From a virus (taxonomy: Duplodnaviria; Caudoviricetes): a DNA stretch of 64,000 nucleotides. How positions within the stretch are numbered: position 1 is the stretch's first letter; every line of letters begins with the position of its first letter. The stretch spans positions 32,001 to 96,000 of the IMG/VR virus record IMGVR_UViG_3300021603_000005; one strand, given 5' to 3'. Both the position numbers and the translations under genes were made by a program. Shown here piece by piece: positions 38,350 to 47,466 of the stretch. The notes beneath the pieces were generated by a model that made no database searches, had not been told where the DNA came from, and saw only the letters and a list, made by a program, of their open reading frames with translations.

Positions 38350-39238
38350 GCTAAGTGCCAGTGCTATAAAGTCATACAAGTTTTGTTATTTTCAATACTT
38401 GTTGTCGTATATATTGGAGATGGAATCTCGCAGTGGCAAGTCCGCTGTATTAGGAAACGTTGTGCATAAAGCCCTTGAGTGGATTGGACTTCTAGCGAAA
38501 AGAGATAAGCAAATAGATATTGAATGGTTGATTGAAAGGGCATGGGATGAAATTGTTTCCCAAAACGAGCATCTTGGACTTAAGCGAATAAATCGCAATG
38601 GTGAATCGGCTGATTTTAAATTCTGTAGAATATGCATAGAAAAGGTATTAGATGCTCCACCATACAATCCACAAGAATTAAAAGTCTTGGATGTTGAAAA
38701 ACGATTCGATATATCAATGCCAGGGAAAATATGGAAAACACCACAGGGACAATTCAGAATAACTGGCTATATAGACCTAGTTCATGAGATTGATGATAAC
38801 ACAATCGAGATTGTCGACTGGAAAACAGGGAAAAGATCTGATTATGGATCTACGAAACCGAAAGATTTTTACGATATCCTCAAGGATGCACAGCCTCGCA
38901 TATATCATTTTGCGGCAAGTCAATTGTACCCAAAATATAGTAATGTTATTGTAACATTTTACTATATTAATGATGGTGGGCCAATCATGCTTCCATACTC
39001 GCAAGACGACATGATAATGACAGTCGGGGCTATTTGGAGGGTATTCAAGAAAATACAAAACGATAGCGTCGTTACGAGAAATATCACATGGAGGTGTCCT
39101 AAGTTCTGTCAGTTTGGAAGGATGAATGTCTGTGACAGCGCGTGGGCAGATATGTCAAGTCATGGTTTTGATTTCATTTCACAAAAATATGGCAAAATGT
39201 CGGTAGTAGAGCAACAAACATATAAGGAACAAGCGTAA
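38336..39238 (+). CDS. PD-(D/E)XK nuclease (RecB/Cas4-like)
   Basis: LSAS.I, G..VH, GYIDL, IVDWKTG, Q...Y, CxxxC. Confidence 0.88.
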   Translation: MNVSKLSASAIKSYKFCYFQYLLSYILEMESRSGKSAVLGNVVHKALEWIGLLAKRDKQIDIEWLIERAWDEIVSQNEHLGLKRINRNGESADFKFCRICIEKVLDAPPYNPQELKVLDVEKRFDISMPGKIWKTPQGQFRITGYIDLVHEIDDNTIEIVDWKTGKRSDYGSTKPKDFYDILKDAQPRIYHFAASQLYPKYSNVIVTFYYINDGGPIMLPYSQDDMIMTVGAIWRVFKKIQNDSVVTRNITWRCPKFCQFGRMNVCDSAWADMSSHGFDFISQKYGKMSVVEQQTYKEQA

Positions 39239-41547
39239 TGGGAATATACGTCCCGCTCCATAACCACACACACTTTTCATTGCTAGATGGATTACCATCT
39301 CCTAAGAAAATAATTGCTAGGGCAAAAGATTTGGGTTGTCCTGCTATAGCAATGACCGATCACGGAAACATATGCGGCATGGTAGATTTCCAAAGGGCTG
39401 GCAAAAAAAGTGGGGTAAAATCTATAATTGGAATAGAGTTGTATCTATGCAGACATGATCCATCAATACGCGACGAAACTAATAGGCAGCACTTTCACCT
39501 TACTGTATTGGCGAAAAATCAAGCTGGAGTAGAAACACTAATATCTCTTGTCAGTGAAATGAATAGGGTCGATTGGTTCTACAGAAGGCCAAGGATTAAT
39601 CTTGAGTTTCTAAAACGATTCACTAGTGATAGAAACCTAATCTGTTTATCCGGATGTTTGGTTGGAGAATTGTCGCATTGCTTGTTTAACGACCATAAAG
39701 AGGCTTGTAAAATAAGCAATGTCACAAACGATACAGACAGGGTGCGATTGTTGTTAAAAGACAACTGGAGGGATGTTGCAAATGAGGTTGTGGATAAGTA
39801 TGTTGATGTGTTCGGCAGAGATAACTATTACATAGAACTACAAGAAGAGGGCATGGCCGTACAACGAGTTGTCGTAGATTGTTTGCGAGATGTTGGTAAA
39901 AATCTTGGAATACCGTTGGTGGCAACATTAGATAGTCACTATGCGTGTAAAGAGGACGCAGACGATCAGCGCATATTGCTTTATGCGCAAATGCACACAA
40001 CCCAGGAAGAGCAAGCTAATATCAAGGCCATGGGTGGCGATACTATGGAATTTTTCTGCTCTGATCAATTCTATATATTCTCATACGACGAAATGACACA
40101 ACACTATAGTCCGCAAGAAATCGAGACATCGTTAGAAATAGCAGATAGATGTGATACTCCAAAGCTTGGTCGTGCTCCATGTCTACCAAAATTCACAACA
40201 ACCCAAGATAAAACATCTGACGAACTACTTCGAGACATGTGCATAGATGGCGCTAAACGAAAATTGTGTAATCTGGATACCGACAAAAAACGGGAATACT
40301 GGAATAGGCTTAACGTAGAATTAGACACAATCAAGGAAGCTAAACTCGCGGACTACTTCCTGATTGTCGCAGATGTATGTAAGTTTGTCGATCAAAACGA
40401 TGGCCCCAGGGGAAAGGGGCGTGGATCTGGTGCGGGGTCTCTAGTTAACTACCTGATCGGCGTCACCGATATAGACCCAATAACTTATGGCCTTTACTTT
40501 GAAAGATTCTACAACAATAGCCGTAACATACCACCACACTTTAATGTTGGGGCCAAAGATTTCATGGCATGGCTATCCGACCTAGACCACATCGTTACTT
40601 GCGACGAAATATCGCAAGCACGAAAACAAGTCTCTTCTGTCGTGCAGAAAAAACGTCGTTCATACGATATGGCCATGATTAAGAGCGAGGCCAAGTGGAT
40701 AGACGATAATAGCCCAAAGATGTGGTGTTACATAGCAAGTCGATTAGAGGACAAAGATTGTGCAAATGGTAGCAATTCTCAGATAGCATATGCTGCTGGT
40801 ATAACCGACGACATTGAAAGCCACCCAGTATCTACAGTAGATGCCCATATCAGTTTGCCAGATATCGACACAGATATCGGCGTTGTATTCAGGTCTCGGG
40901 TTATCGAGTATCTAAATGAAAAGTGGGGTAGCGAAAAGGTATCTCAAATTGTCACATTTGGCAGGTTGCAGGGGAAGGCTGCTCTAAAAGAGGTTTTCAG
41001 AGCACAACCAAACACGGTCAAGCATCTAATGCAGGTGCGTGCCACAAAACTTGGCGAAGATCCGAACAAGTGTATTATCAAACCTCATGATCTGTGTAAC
41101 GAAATCACCAGTCATATCCCAGACGAAGCGGCCATTGCGGACGAACTTCAAGAAATGAGAGAGGAAACTGGAGATGATACATATGGGATTCTCCAGTGGG
41201 CAGTTGATAATATCGACCCAGTAAGAGAAGCATATAAGTGGTACAAACCGCTATTTGATCAGGCCATGCGAATTGAAGGCACTAAGAAATCACAAAGTAA
41301 GCATGCGGCAGGAATCGTTATAGCTGATCGACCAATTAGAGAACTTGTTCCCATGATGTATGATCCCAAAAGCAAGACGCAAATATGTGGTCTAGAAATG
41401 GGTGCGGCAGAAGCCATGGGGTGTGTGAAGTTCGATTTCCTTGGGGTAACGGCACTAGATAAGATCTGGCATGCAATGAACCTTGTTAATGGGAAAGTGC
41501 AACAAATAGATAGTTTCGGAGAAGCCGTAGATGGTCAAATTGATTAA
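39238..41547 (+). CDS. dnaE: DNA polymerase III alpha, N-terminal half (PHP + palm/thumb)
   Basis: HNHTHFSLLDG, TDHGN, DSHY, GRGSGAGSL, PDIDTD, HAAG, KFDFLG. Confidence 0.92.
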   Translation: MGIYVPLHNHTHFSLLDGLPSPKKIIARAKDLGCPAIAMTDHGNICGMVDFQRAGKKSGVKSIIGIELYLCRHDPSIRDETNRQHFHLTVLAKNQAGVETLISLVSEMNRVDWFYRRPRINLEFLKRFTSDRNLICLSGCLVGELSHCLFNDHKEACKISNVTNDTDRVRLLLKDNWRDVANEVVDKYVDVFGRDNYYIELQEEGMAVQRVVVDCLRDVGKNLGIPLVATLDSHYACKEDADDQRILLYAQMHTTQEEQANIKAMGGDTMEFFCSDQFYIFSYDEMTQHYSPQEIETSLEIADRCDTPKLGRAPCLPKFTTTQDKTSDELLRDMCIDGAKRKLCNLDTDKKREYWNRLNVELDTIKEAKLADYFLIVADVCKFVDQNDGPRGKGRGSGAGSLVNYLIGVTDIDPITYGLYFERFYNNSRNIPPHFNVGAKDFMAWLSDLDHIVTCDEISQARKQVSSVVQKKRRSYDMAMIKSEAKWIDDNSPKMWCYIASRLEDKDCANGSNSQIAYAAGITDDIESHPVSTVDAHISLPDIDTDIGVVFRSRVIEYLNEKWGSEKVSQIVTFGRLQGKAALKEVFRAQPNTVKHLMQVRATKLGEDPNKCIIKPHDLCNEITSHIPDEAAIADELQEMREETGDDTYGILQWAVDNIDPVREAYKWYKPLFDQAMRIEGTKKSQSKHAAGIVIADRPIRELVPMMYDPKSKTQICGLEMGAAEAMGCVKFDFLGVTALDKIWHAMNLVNGKVQQIDSFGEAVDGQID

Positions 41548-41974
41548 GGCTGATTATATCTTTGATGTCGATGCTGATGCTTATGTCAACACAGTGAACT
41601 GTGTTGGTATAATGGGAAAGGGCGTTGCCCTGGCCTTCAAACTCAGATACCCGGCATTAATGACGCAATACAAGAGATACTGCCGCAACAACATGCTTAG
41701 ACCAGGAGAACTAATGATTTGGAGGTCTCCGGATAAGAAGTGGGTTTTTAACATTGCGACAAAAGACCATTGGCGCAACCCTTCAAGATATGCATGGGTC
41801 AGACAGGGCTTGAATGAGCTATACAAGTTTCTGGTAAACATGGATATCAGGACAATTGTTATCCCGCCACTTGGTTGTGGTTGCGGTGGCCTTGACTGGA
41901 ATGAGGTATGGCCGATGATACATAGTTCTCTCAATGATCTGGATATGGAGGTACTTGTCCTTGAGCCTAACTAA
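41531..41974 (+). CDS. macrodomain ADP-ribosylhydrolase (DarG/TARG1-like)
   Basis: VNTVNCVGIMGKGVA..FK..YP, TKDHWR.PS, PPLGCG.GGLDW. Confidence 0.9.
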   Translation: MVKLIKADYIFDVDADAYVNTVNCVGIMGKGVALAFKLRYPALMTQYKRYCRNNMLRPGELMIWRSPDKKWVFNIATKDHWRNPSRYAWVRQGLNELYKFLVNMDIRTIVIPPLGCGCGGLDWNEVWPMIHSSLNDLDMEVLVLEPN

Positions 41975-42542
41975 AACGCAATTATTGCTAAGTCTTTGTG
42001 AACAGATCGTTGGATGTAGAAAATGCGAATTGCATCGCAAAAGAACTAATCCTGTTTGTGGGTATGGAAACGCAGAAGCATCTATCATGTTTATTGGTGA
42101 GGCCCCCGGAGAACAAGAGGATAGTTGTGGTATACCGTTTACCGGTAGGTGTGGAAAGTACTTTAGGAAGTGTCTGTCAGATATTGGATTCGATACCACC
42201 CAGTGTTTCATAACCAACGCAATAAGATGTAGGCCACCCAAGAATAGAACACCAAAGCCAGACGAAATAGAGATGTGTCAGCAATGGCTACATGCTCAGC
42301 TAGACATCATCCAGCCGAAAGTAATTGTTTGCGTTGGCAAAGTGGCGGCACAAGCGATACTACGTATTCCGTCTAGCCAATCGTTACAGTCTATAATGAA
42401 CAGATGGCACGATCATTGGAAGACAGGGATTAAGACCAGGGCCATTTATCATCCTAGCTACATCATGCAGCACGGTCGTAAGTACGAACAGGTTTTTAGG
42501 AATGATCTAGTGGAGATATTGAACTATGTCCGAACCTATTAA
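41961..42542 (+). CDS. uracil-DNA glycosylase family 4
   Basis: CRKC.L, GEAPG..ED, PF.G, N...CRPP.NR.P, YHPSY; TTG start after GGAGG. Confidence 0.9.
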   Translation: MSLTKTQLLLSLCEQIVGCRKCELHRKRTNPVCGYGNAEASIMFIGEAPGEQEDSCGIPFTGRCGKYFRKCLSDIGFDTTQCFITNAIRCRPPKNRTPKPDEIEMCQQWLHAQLDIIQPKVIVCVGKVAAQAILRIPSSQSLQSIMNRWHDHWKTGIKTRAIYHPSYIMQHGRKYEQVFRNDLVEILNYVRTY

Positions 42543-44265
42543 GTTTGATAGATGTGAATGTTCAATTGATCGAGGTAGATTTGACATACGCAATATCCCG
42601 CTGGATTGTCCGGTCGTGTGGGATCTAATCAGTAGTGGATACACAACCGGCATTTTCCAGTTAGAGACAAAGCTTGGACAAGACTGGGCCAGAAAAGTTA
42701 GACCGAGGAGTATTCGTGAATTGTCGGATTTAATCTCGATTCTGCGCCCCGGTCCTCTTGAATCGAATATGAGCCAGGACTATGTTGATGTTAAATTCGG
42801 CAGAAAACCAGTAGAGTATTTACACCCAGTCTTAAAACCGATTCTTGAACCCACATACTCAGCCCTACTATACCAGGAACAGAGTTTGAAAATTGCCGTT
42901 GAAATTGCTGGATTTTCTTTGATACAAGCCGACTCGCTTAGAAAAAGCCTGGGGAAGAAAGACAGTGTTTTAATGGCAAAAGCCAGGACGGAATTCGTAG
43001 AAGGTGCGGTTAAAAAGGGGCTTGTCACAAAGGCCGTGGCAGAAGAAATATTCGGATGGATTGAAAAGGGGCAAAGATATTTATTTAATCTATCGCACTC
43101 AATAAGTTATGCCACATTAGGCTACCAGACAGCGTGGATCAAGGCTCACCTCCCTCATGAGTTCTACGCGTCCTATTTAACGTATGCCAAGTTTAAGGGT
43201 GATGAAAAAGAAGAGATATACAAGCTAGTACAGGATGCCAGATTATTCGGGATAGAAACTATTCCACCAGACATTAGGCTTGGAAATCCTGAGTTTAGAC
43301 TAGTTGATGGTAGGATTGCGTATGGTCTGGCTAATGTTCGTGGTGTTGGCGATGGTGCAATCAATAGGATACTTGAGGCTGGCCAGATAACTACATGGCC
43401 AAAGTTCCTAGATGCGGTACCTGGACTTCATAGAAACGTCGGGGAAGCCCTTATCAAATCCGGTGCATGCGATTGCTATGGATTGTCAAGATCTCGCATG
43501 ATAGCTGAATTACAAGTAATACTAGGCACCAGTGTGCGGGACGAACAAGGGGAGAGAGTAGATGTCAAAGGATTAACGGATCGAGAAAAGGATTGGTTCT
43601 TTACCAATTTCCACAAATTTGGTAGCACGGTGAGTACGTTACAAGGAATGATGAACATACAGAACATAGTGCCTGTTTCTAGGTTGACAAAAAAACAGGT
43701 TATTGAAACTATACTTGAGCTTAGCGAAGGTGCTAAGCGAGACGATATATGCAAAATGAAACGAGCGGAACTCAATTGTATGTTGAAGGAACTTGGGTAT
43801 GACCCAGGCGAACAGATGCGAATTTCTCCATCTAGGAGATCTGCAATACTTGATAAGATCAAACAACTCGATATGGTTTTCGAAGATACGCCAAGAATCA
43901 AAGCCGAAGCTGAAAAGTACTTTCTTGGTATCGCGTTGTCCTGCTCTCCTGTAGACGGCGTTGGTAGCGATCAGGCTACCCATACATGTGTGGATGTTGC
44001 CAGGGCATTGAGCGGGGAAGAATGTAAGGTTTGCGCAATCATAGATATGGTTAAGCATACAAAAACGAAAAAGGGGAAGAATCCAGGTTCCCCGATGTGC
44101 TTCGTAACATTATCGGACTCTACTTATTCGCTCGACCATGCCGTTGTATTCCCTGACGCATATCAGAAAAACAAAGATTTGTGTACTGAGGATTTAATCG
44201 TGTTAGTAACGGGGACAAAAAGAGATGGTTCTTTTATTGTCTCTGACATGAAAAAGTTGATATAA
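42526..44265 (+). CDS. dnaE: DNA polymerase III alpha, C-terminal half (fingers, HhH, OB)
   Basis: T.GIFQLE, RPGP, YQEQ, YLFNLSHS..YA, PPDI, GL..VRGVG, MCFVTLSD. Confidence 0.92.
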   Translation: MSEPIKFDRCECSIDRGRFDIRNIPLDCPVVWDLISSGYTTGIFQLETKLGQDWARKVRPRSIRELSDLISILRPGPLESNMSQDYVDVKFGRKPVEYLHPVLKPILEPTYSALLYQEQSLKIAVEIAGFSLIQADSLRKSLGKKDSVLMAKARTEFVEGAVKKGLVTKAVAEEIFGWIEKGQRYLFNLSHSISYATLGYQTAWIKAHLPHEFYASYLTYAKFKGDEKEEIYKLVQDARLFGIETIPPDIRLGNPEFRLVDGRIAYGLANVRGVGDGAINRILEAGQITTWPKFLDAVPGLHRNVGEALIKSGACDCYGLSRSRMIAELQVILGTSVRDEQGERVDVKGLTDREKDWFFTNFHKFGSTVSTLQGMMNIQNIVPVSRLTKKQVIETILELSEGAKRDDICKMKRAELNCMLKELGYDPGEQMRISPSRRSAILDKIKQLDMVFEDTPRIKAEAEKYFLGIALSCSPVDGVGSDQATHTCVDVARALSGEECKVCAIIDMVKHTKTKKGKNPGSPMCFVTLSDSTYSLDHAVVFPDAYQKNKDLCTEDLIVLVTGTKRDGSFIVSDMKKLI

Positions 44266-44299
44266 GTGGCTGTAAACTATAATATAGGAGGACAGAACT

Positions 44300-44746
44300 A
44301 TGAATCTAAACGGCTTACAGTGTGTCGGTCGTGGTAACTTGGTTTCAAAACCCGAGTCCAGAAATATCGGTACCAAGGGGACCGTTGTAACGAATGCAAG
44401 AATCGCATTTAATCGCTACTATAAGCAGGGCGAAGATCGTAAAAAGGAAACGGTGTTTCTTGACGTTTGTGCATTCAATTCGCTAGCTAAACGATTGTCT
44501 GCTTTTGACAAAGGCGACTTTTTGCTGGTTACAGGCACAATCACAGACGATTCGTATCAATCGAAGGATCACGGCACGATTACTAAGATGAAGGTTTTGC
44601 TAGAAAGTGTTGACCGAGTATATACGGTAGATGCCAATAGCAAGAATGACAAACCCAACACACCGGTCCCTAATAAACCAGAGCCGCAAGATACATCAAA
44701 CAGTGTGGATTCCGGAGATTACGATAGCGACATTATTCCGTTTTAA
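44300..44746 (+). CDS. ssb: single-stranded DNA-binding protein
   Basis: GNLVSKPE, F.DV.AF, KGD...V.G, acidic tail DSDIIPF. Confidence 0.92.
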   Translation: MNLNGLQCVGRGNLVSKPESRNIGTKGTVVTNARIAFNRYYKQGEDRKKETVFLDVCAFNSLAKRLSAFDKGDFLLVTGTITDDSYQSKDHGTITKMKVLLESVDRVYTVDANSKNDKPNTPVPNKPEPQDTSNSVDSGDYDSDIIPF

Positions 44747-44766
44747 CTCAGAAAGATAACTGGGGC

Positions 44767-47454
44767 ATGAGTAAAAAACGATTATTGTTTGTTGGTGAAG
44801 CTAGCTATCTAGCTACTGGTTTTTCTACATACTGGAATGAAGTTATTAAACGCATTAACGCAACCGGTAGGTTCGAGGTAGCGGAATTTGGGTCGTATGC
44901 TAGCGATTCAGATCCAAGAAATCAATGTGTTCCATGGAAGTTCTACCCCAACGCACCAGACCCCAATGACCAAGTAGCCAATCAGGCGTACCATTCGAGA
45001 CAAACAAATCAGTTTGGCGAATGGAGATTTAGCGATGTGCTGTTAGATTGGAAACCGGATTGTGTTTGCGTTCCTCCAGGAACAAATATTGAAACGCCGC
45101 GTGGTCCTGTGCCTATAGAAAACATTAAAGTTGGTGATTATGTTATTAGCCACAAAGGGGTTCCCAGGCGAGTCACCAAAACCATGCGAAGGCAACACGT
45201 TGGGGATATCTCTAATATCTATATTTTTGGTGACAACAGAACATATAGACTCACCAACGAACATCCTGTTTTAGTGATAAGGAGTAAAAAGCGTACATGG
45301 AAAGAGCGAGATGTTCGACAAAGGCATTTTGCTAAAGATGCAGAGTTTATACCAGCATCTAAAGTTGGGGTAAATGATTATGTTGTTATTCCAATATATA
45401 GTGGACATAAAATAGACAACATCAATCTGAAGAATCACCTATCGCAATTTGTTGAACTAGACAATAGACTATACCCTGTTGGACATAGGGATTGTACCGA
45501 TTTTTCATTACCAAGCCAACTGGATATTACGCAAGATTTAGCAAGATTCTTAGGATATTATTGTGCTGAGGGAAGTGTTAACCGAGGCAGTATAGAACTA
45601 TGTTTTGGTTTCTATGAAAATAAATTTGTGGACGACGTATTATCTTTGGGAAAAGAGTTGTTCGGATTAACTGGTGTTGCAACAGCAAATAGGGATCGTG
45701 GAAATAGAACGGTACGATTTTGTTCTATATTATTGTCCAAATTCATGGAATCGATATGTGGCCGCGGCGCTCACAATAAAGTTGTTCCTGATTGTATCTA
45801 TCAAAACAATAATTGCGATATTGTTAAAGGATTTTTGACTGGATTTATTCGTGGTGACGGAACATACAAGTACGATACTGTATCAGCCACTACAGTGTCA
45901 AAAATCATGGCACATCAAATCAGACAATTATCCCTACGGATAGGGGTAAGAACATCAATAAAATTCAGAAAAAACAAAGGAAGTAAGCTGGTTCCTGGAA
46001 CTGGGCCGTCGTATGATATTGATGCGTATGGTGGACACGCCCGCAATATGCATAGAATTGTGCAAAAGCACGAGGAATTGCCGACAAGAATACTCGATGA
46101 TCCGAAACACTTAGATAAGGCGGGGAAAGGCTGGATTGATGAGAATTATTTATTACTTCCCGTGCGGAGAATTAGAAAAACACAGTATCGTGGACAGGTA
46201 TATAATCTTGAAGTCGAAGAAGATAATAGTTATGTAACGGGGTTCGCTGTCCATAATTGCCAAATTCGCGATTTTTGGATGGATGAGTTCGTACTAAGAT
46301 CCCCTCTTAGGAGTAACTTCAAGGTCATTTGGATGCCGACTATAGACGGCGCACCCCAACGCAAGCTATGGGTAGACACATACAAGCAGTGCGATGCGAT
46401 AATGACATATTCCCAATGGGGCAAAGATCTGCTTGAAAAGGAATATGACATAAGAGTAACCGCCGTGGCATCCCCTGGTGCTGAACTAGATCTATTCAAG
46501 CCCGTTCCAGATAAAGGGGCGCATAAAGCCAAACACGGGATAGACCCTTCGTCGTTCATTATTGGTACGGTGATGCGAAATCAAAAACGCAAGCTGTATG
46601 TAGACTTGATAGAAGCGTTTGCTGAATGGCTACGCTCGTCAAAGAAAAGTTCCCATCTAGATATTGCGAAGAAAACGTATCTGTATCTACACACCAGCTA
46701 TCCGGATGTAGGGTATGATATCGGTGACGCAATACAAAAGTTCAAAGTTGGCAACAAGGTATTGATGACGTACCTATGCTCTGCTTGTGGAACTGCATAT
46801 CCATCGTTCTTCTCCGGAGAATGGGCGCACTGTCGAAGATGCGGTAAACTAGCGGCACATCCGCCAAATGCAAATCATTCTGTTGGTAGAGATGTTCTTG
46901 CCAGCATATACAATATCTTTGATGTGTATGTACAATATTCCATCTGTCTACATCCAGATACGCCAATATTACTTAGTGATTACACACACAAACGAATAGC
47001 AGATATTAAGTCCGGAGACCAAATCGTAAACGGGAATGGCGATGTTGTCAAAGTCAACTGGTGTAAACAGACTAATGATACGTCATCTACTGTTGAGATC
47101 AAAACATACGAGAATGATAAGCCGGTTATAGTCACACACGACCATCGTGTTTTGACAATGAATGAAAACAATGAGCTAGTATTTTTGGAAGCGAAAGATC
47201 TTCAGGATAAATGGGTGGTTTGTCCAATCAACAATGCAAAAATCTTTGATGCAATTGGGGTGTGTAATCCAAAAAGAAATAGTAAACACAGAAAGAAGCA
47301 TAAGAATTATCTGCTAATTAAAGTCAAGTCGGTTAAGCAAAGCAACTACACTGGTCCAGTTTACGACCTTGCAGTCGTTTCACCGAAAGGGGGTGATGCC
47401 AACTCTCGCAGTTTCGTTGCGAACCATTTCGTAACACACAACTGTGAGGGTTGA
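44767..47454 (+). CDS. GT4 glycosyltransferase N-terminal part with two inteins
   Basis: TGFSTY, PDCV|CQIRDFW after splicing, MRNQKRK, YLHT; ends CEG-TGA in the middle of the EX7E motif. Confidence 0.85.
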   Translation: MSKKRLLFVGEASYLATGFSTYWNEVIKRINATGRFEVAEFGSYASDSDPRNQCVPWKFYPNAPDPNDQVANQAYHSRQTNQFGEWRFSDVLLDWKPDCVCVPPGTNIETPRGPVPIENIKVGDYVISHKGVPRRVTKTMRRQHVGDISNIYIFGDNRTYRLTNEHPVLVIRSKKRTWKERDVRQRHFAKDAEFIPASKVGVNDYVVIPIYSGHKIDNINLKNHLSQFVELDNRLYPVGHRDCTDFSLPSQLDITQDLARFLGYYCAEGSVNRGSIELCFGFYENKFVDDVLSLGKELFGLTGVATANRDRGNRTVRFCSILLSKFMESICGRGAHNKVVPDCIYQNNNCDIVKGFLTGFIRGDGTYKYDTVSATTVSKIMAHQIRQLSLRIGVRTSIKFRKNKGSKLVPGTGPSYDIDAYGGHARNMHRIVQKHEELPTRILDDPKHLDKAGKGWIDENYLLLPVRRIRKTQYRGQVYNLEVEEDNSYVTGFAVHNCQIRDFWMDEFVLRSPLRSNFKVIWMPTIDGAPQRKLWVDTYKQCDAIMTYSQWGKDLLEKEYDIRVTAVASPGAELDLFKPVPDKGAHKAKHGIDPSSFIIGTVMRNQKRKLYVDLIEAFAEWLRSSKKSSHLDIAKKTYLYLHTSYPDVGYDIGDAIQKFKVGNKVLMTYLCSACGTAYPSFFSGEWAHCRRCGKLAAHPPNANHSVGRDVLASIYNIFDVYVQYSICLHPDTPILLSDYTHKRIADIKSGDQIVNGNGDVVKVNWCKQTNDTSSTVEIKTYENDKPVIVTHDHRVLTMNENNELVFLEAKDLQDKWVVCPINNAKIFDAIGVCNPKRNSKHRKKHKNYLLIKVKSVKQSNYTGPVYDLAVVSPKGGDANSRSFVANHFVTHNCEG
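45067..46257 (+). mobile_element. intein with LAGLIDADG homing endonuclease (397 aa)
   Basis: CVPPGT.I, T.EHP, LGYYCAEGS and FLTGFIRGDG blocks, VYNLEV...VHN|C. Confidence 0.93.
46945..47442 (+). mobile_element. mini-intein (166 aa)
   Basis: CLHPDTPI, THDH, VYDLAV, VTHN|C; no endonuclease. Confidence 0.92.
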
Positions 47455-47466
47455 CTAGGCTGGGGT

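Noticed and set aside
41500-42560. Split intein or intron joining the DnaE halves
   Set aside because: No Cys/Ser-start or HN-end intein blocks at the break, and the interval is filled by two intact genes
44257-44285. Sigma70 promoter TTGATA...TATAAT/TAATAT upstream of ssb
   Set aside because: Spacing is 15 nt for TATAAT, and either -10 choice puts the start within or after the AGGAGG RBS; not supportable
47452-47454. Genome-wide TGA recoding (code 4/25) or selenocysteine as the explanation for the in-frame TGA
   Set aside because: Many genes end at TGA with ATGA-coupled neighbours and coding density is high in code 11; readthrough would also break the EX7E spacing
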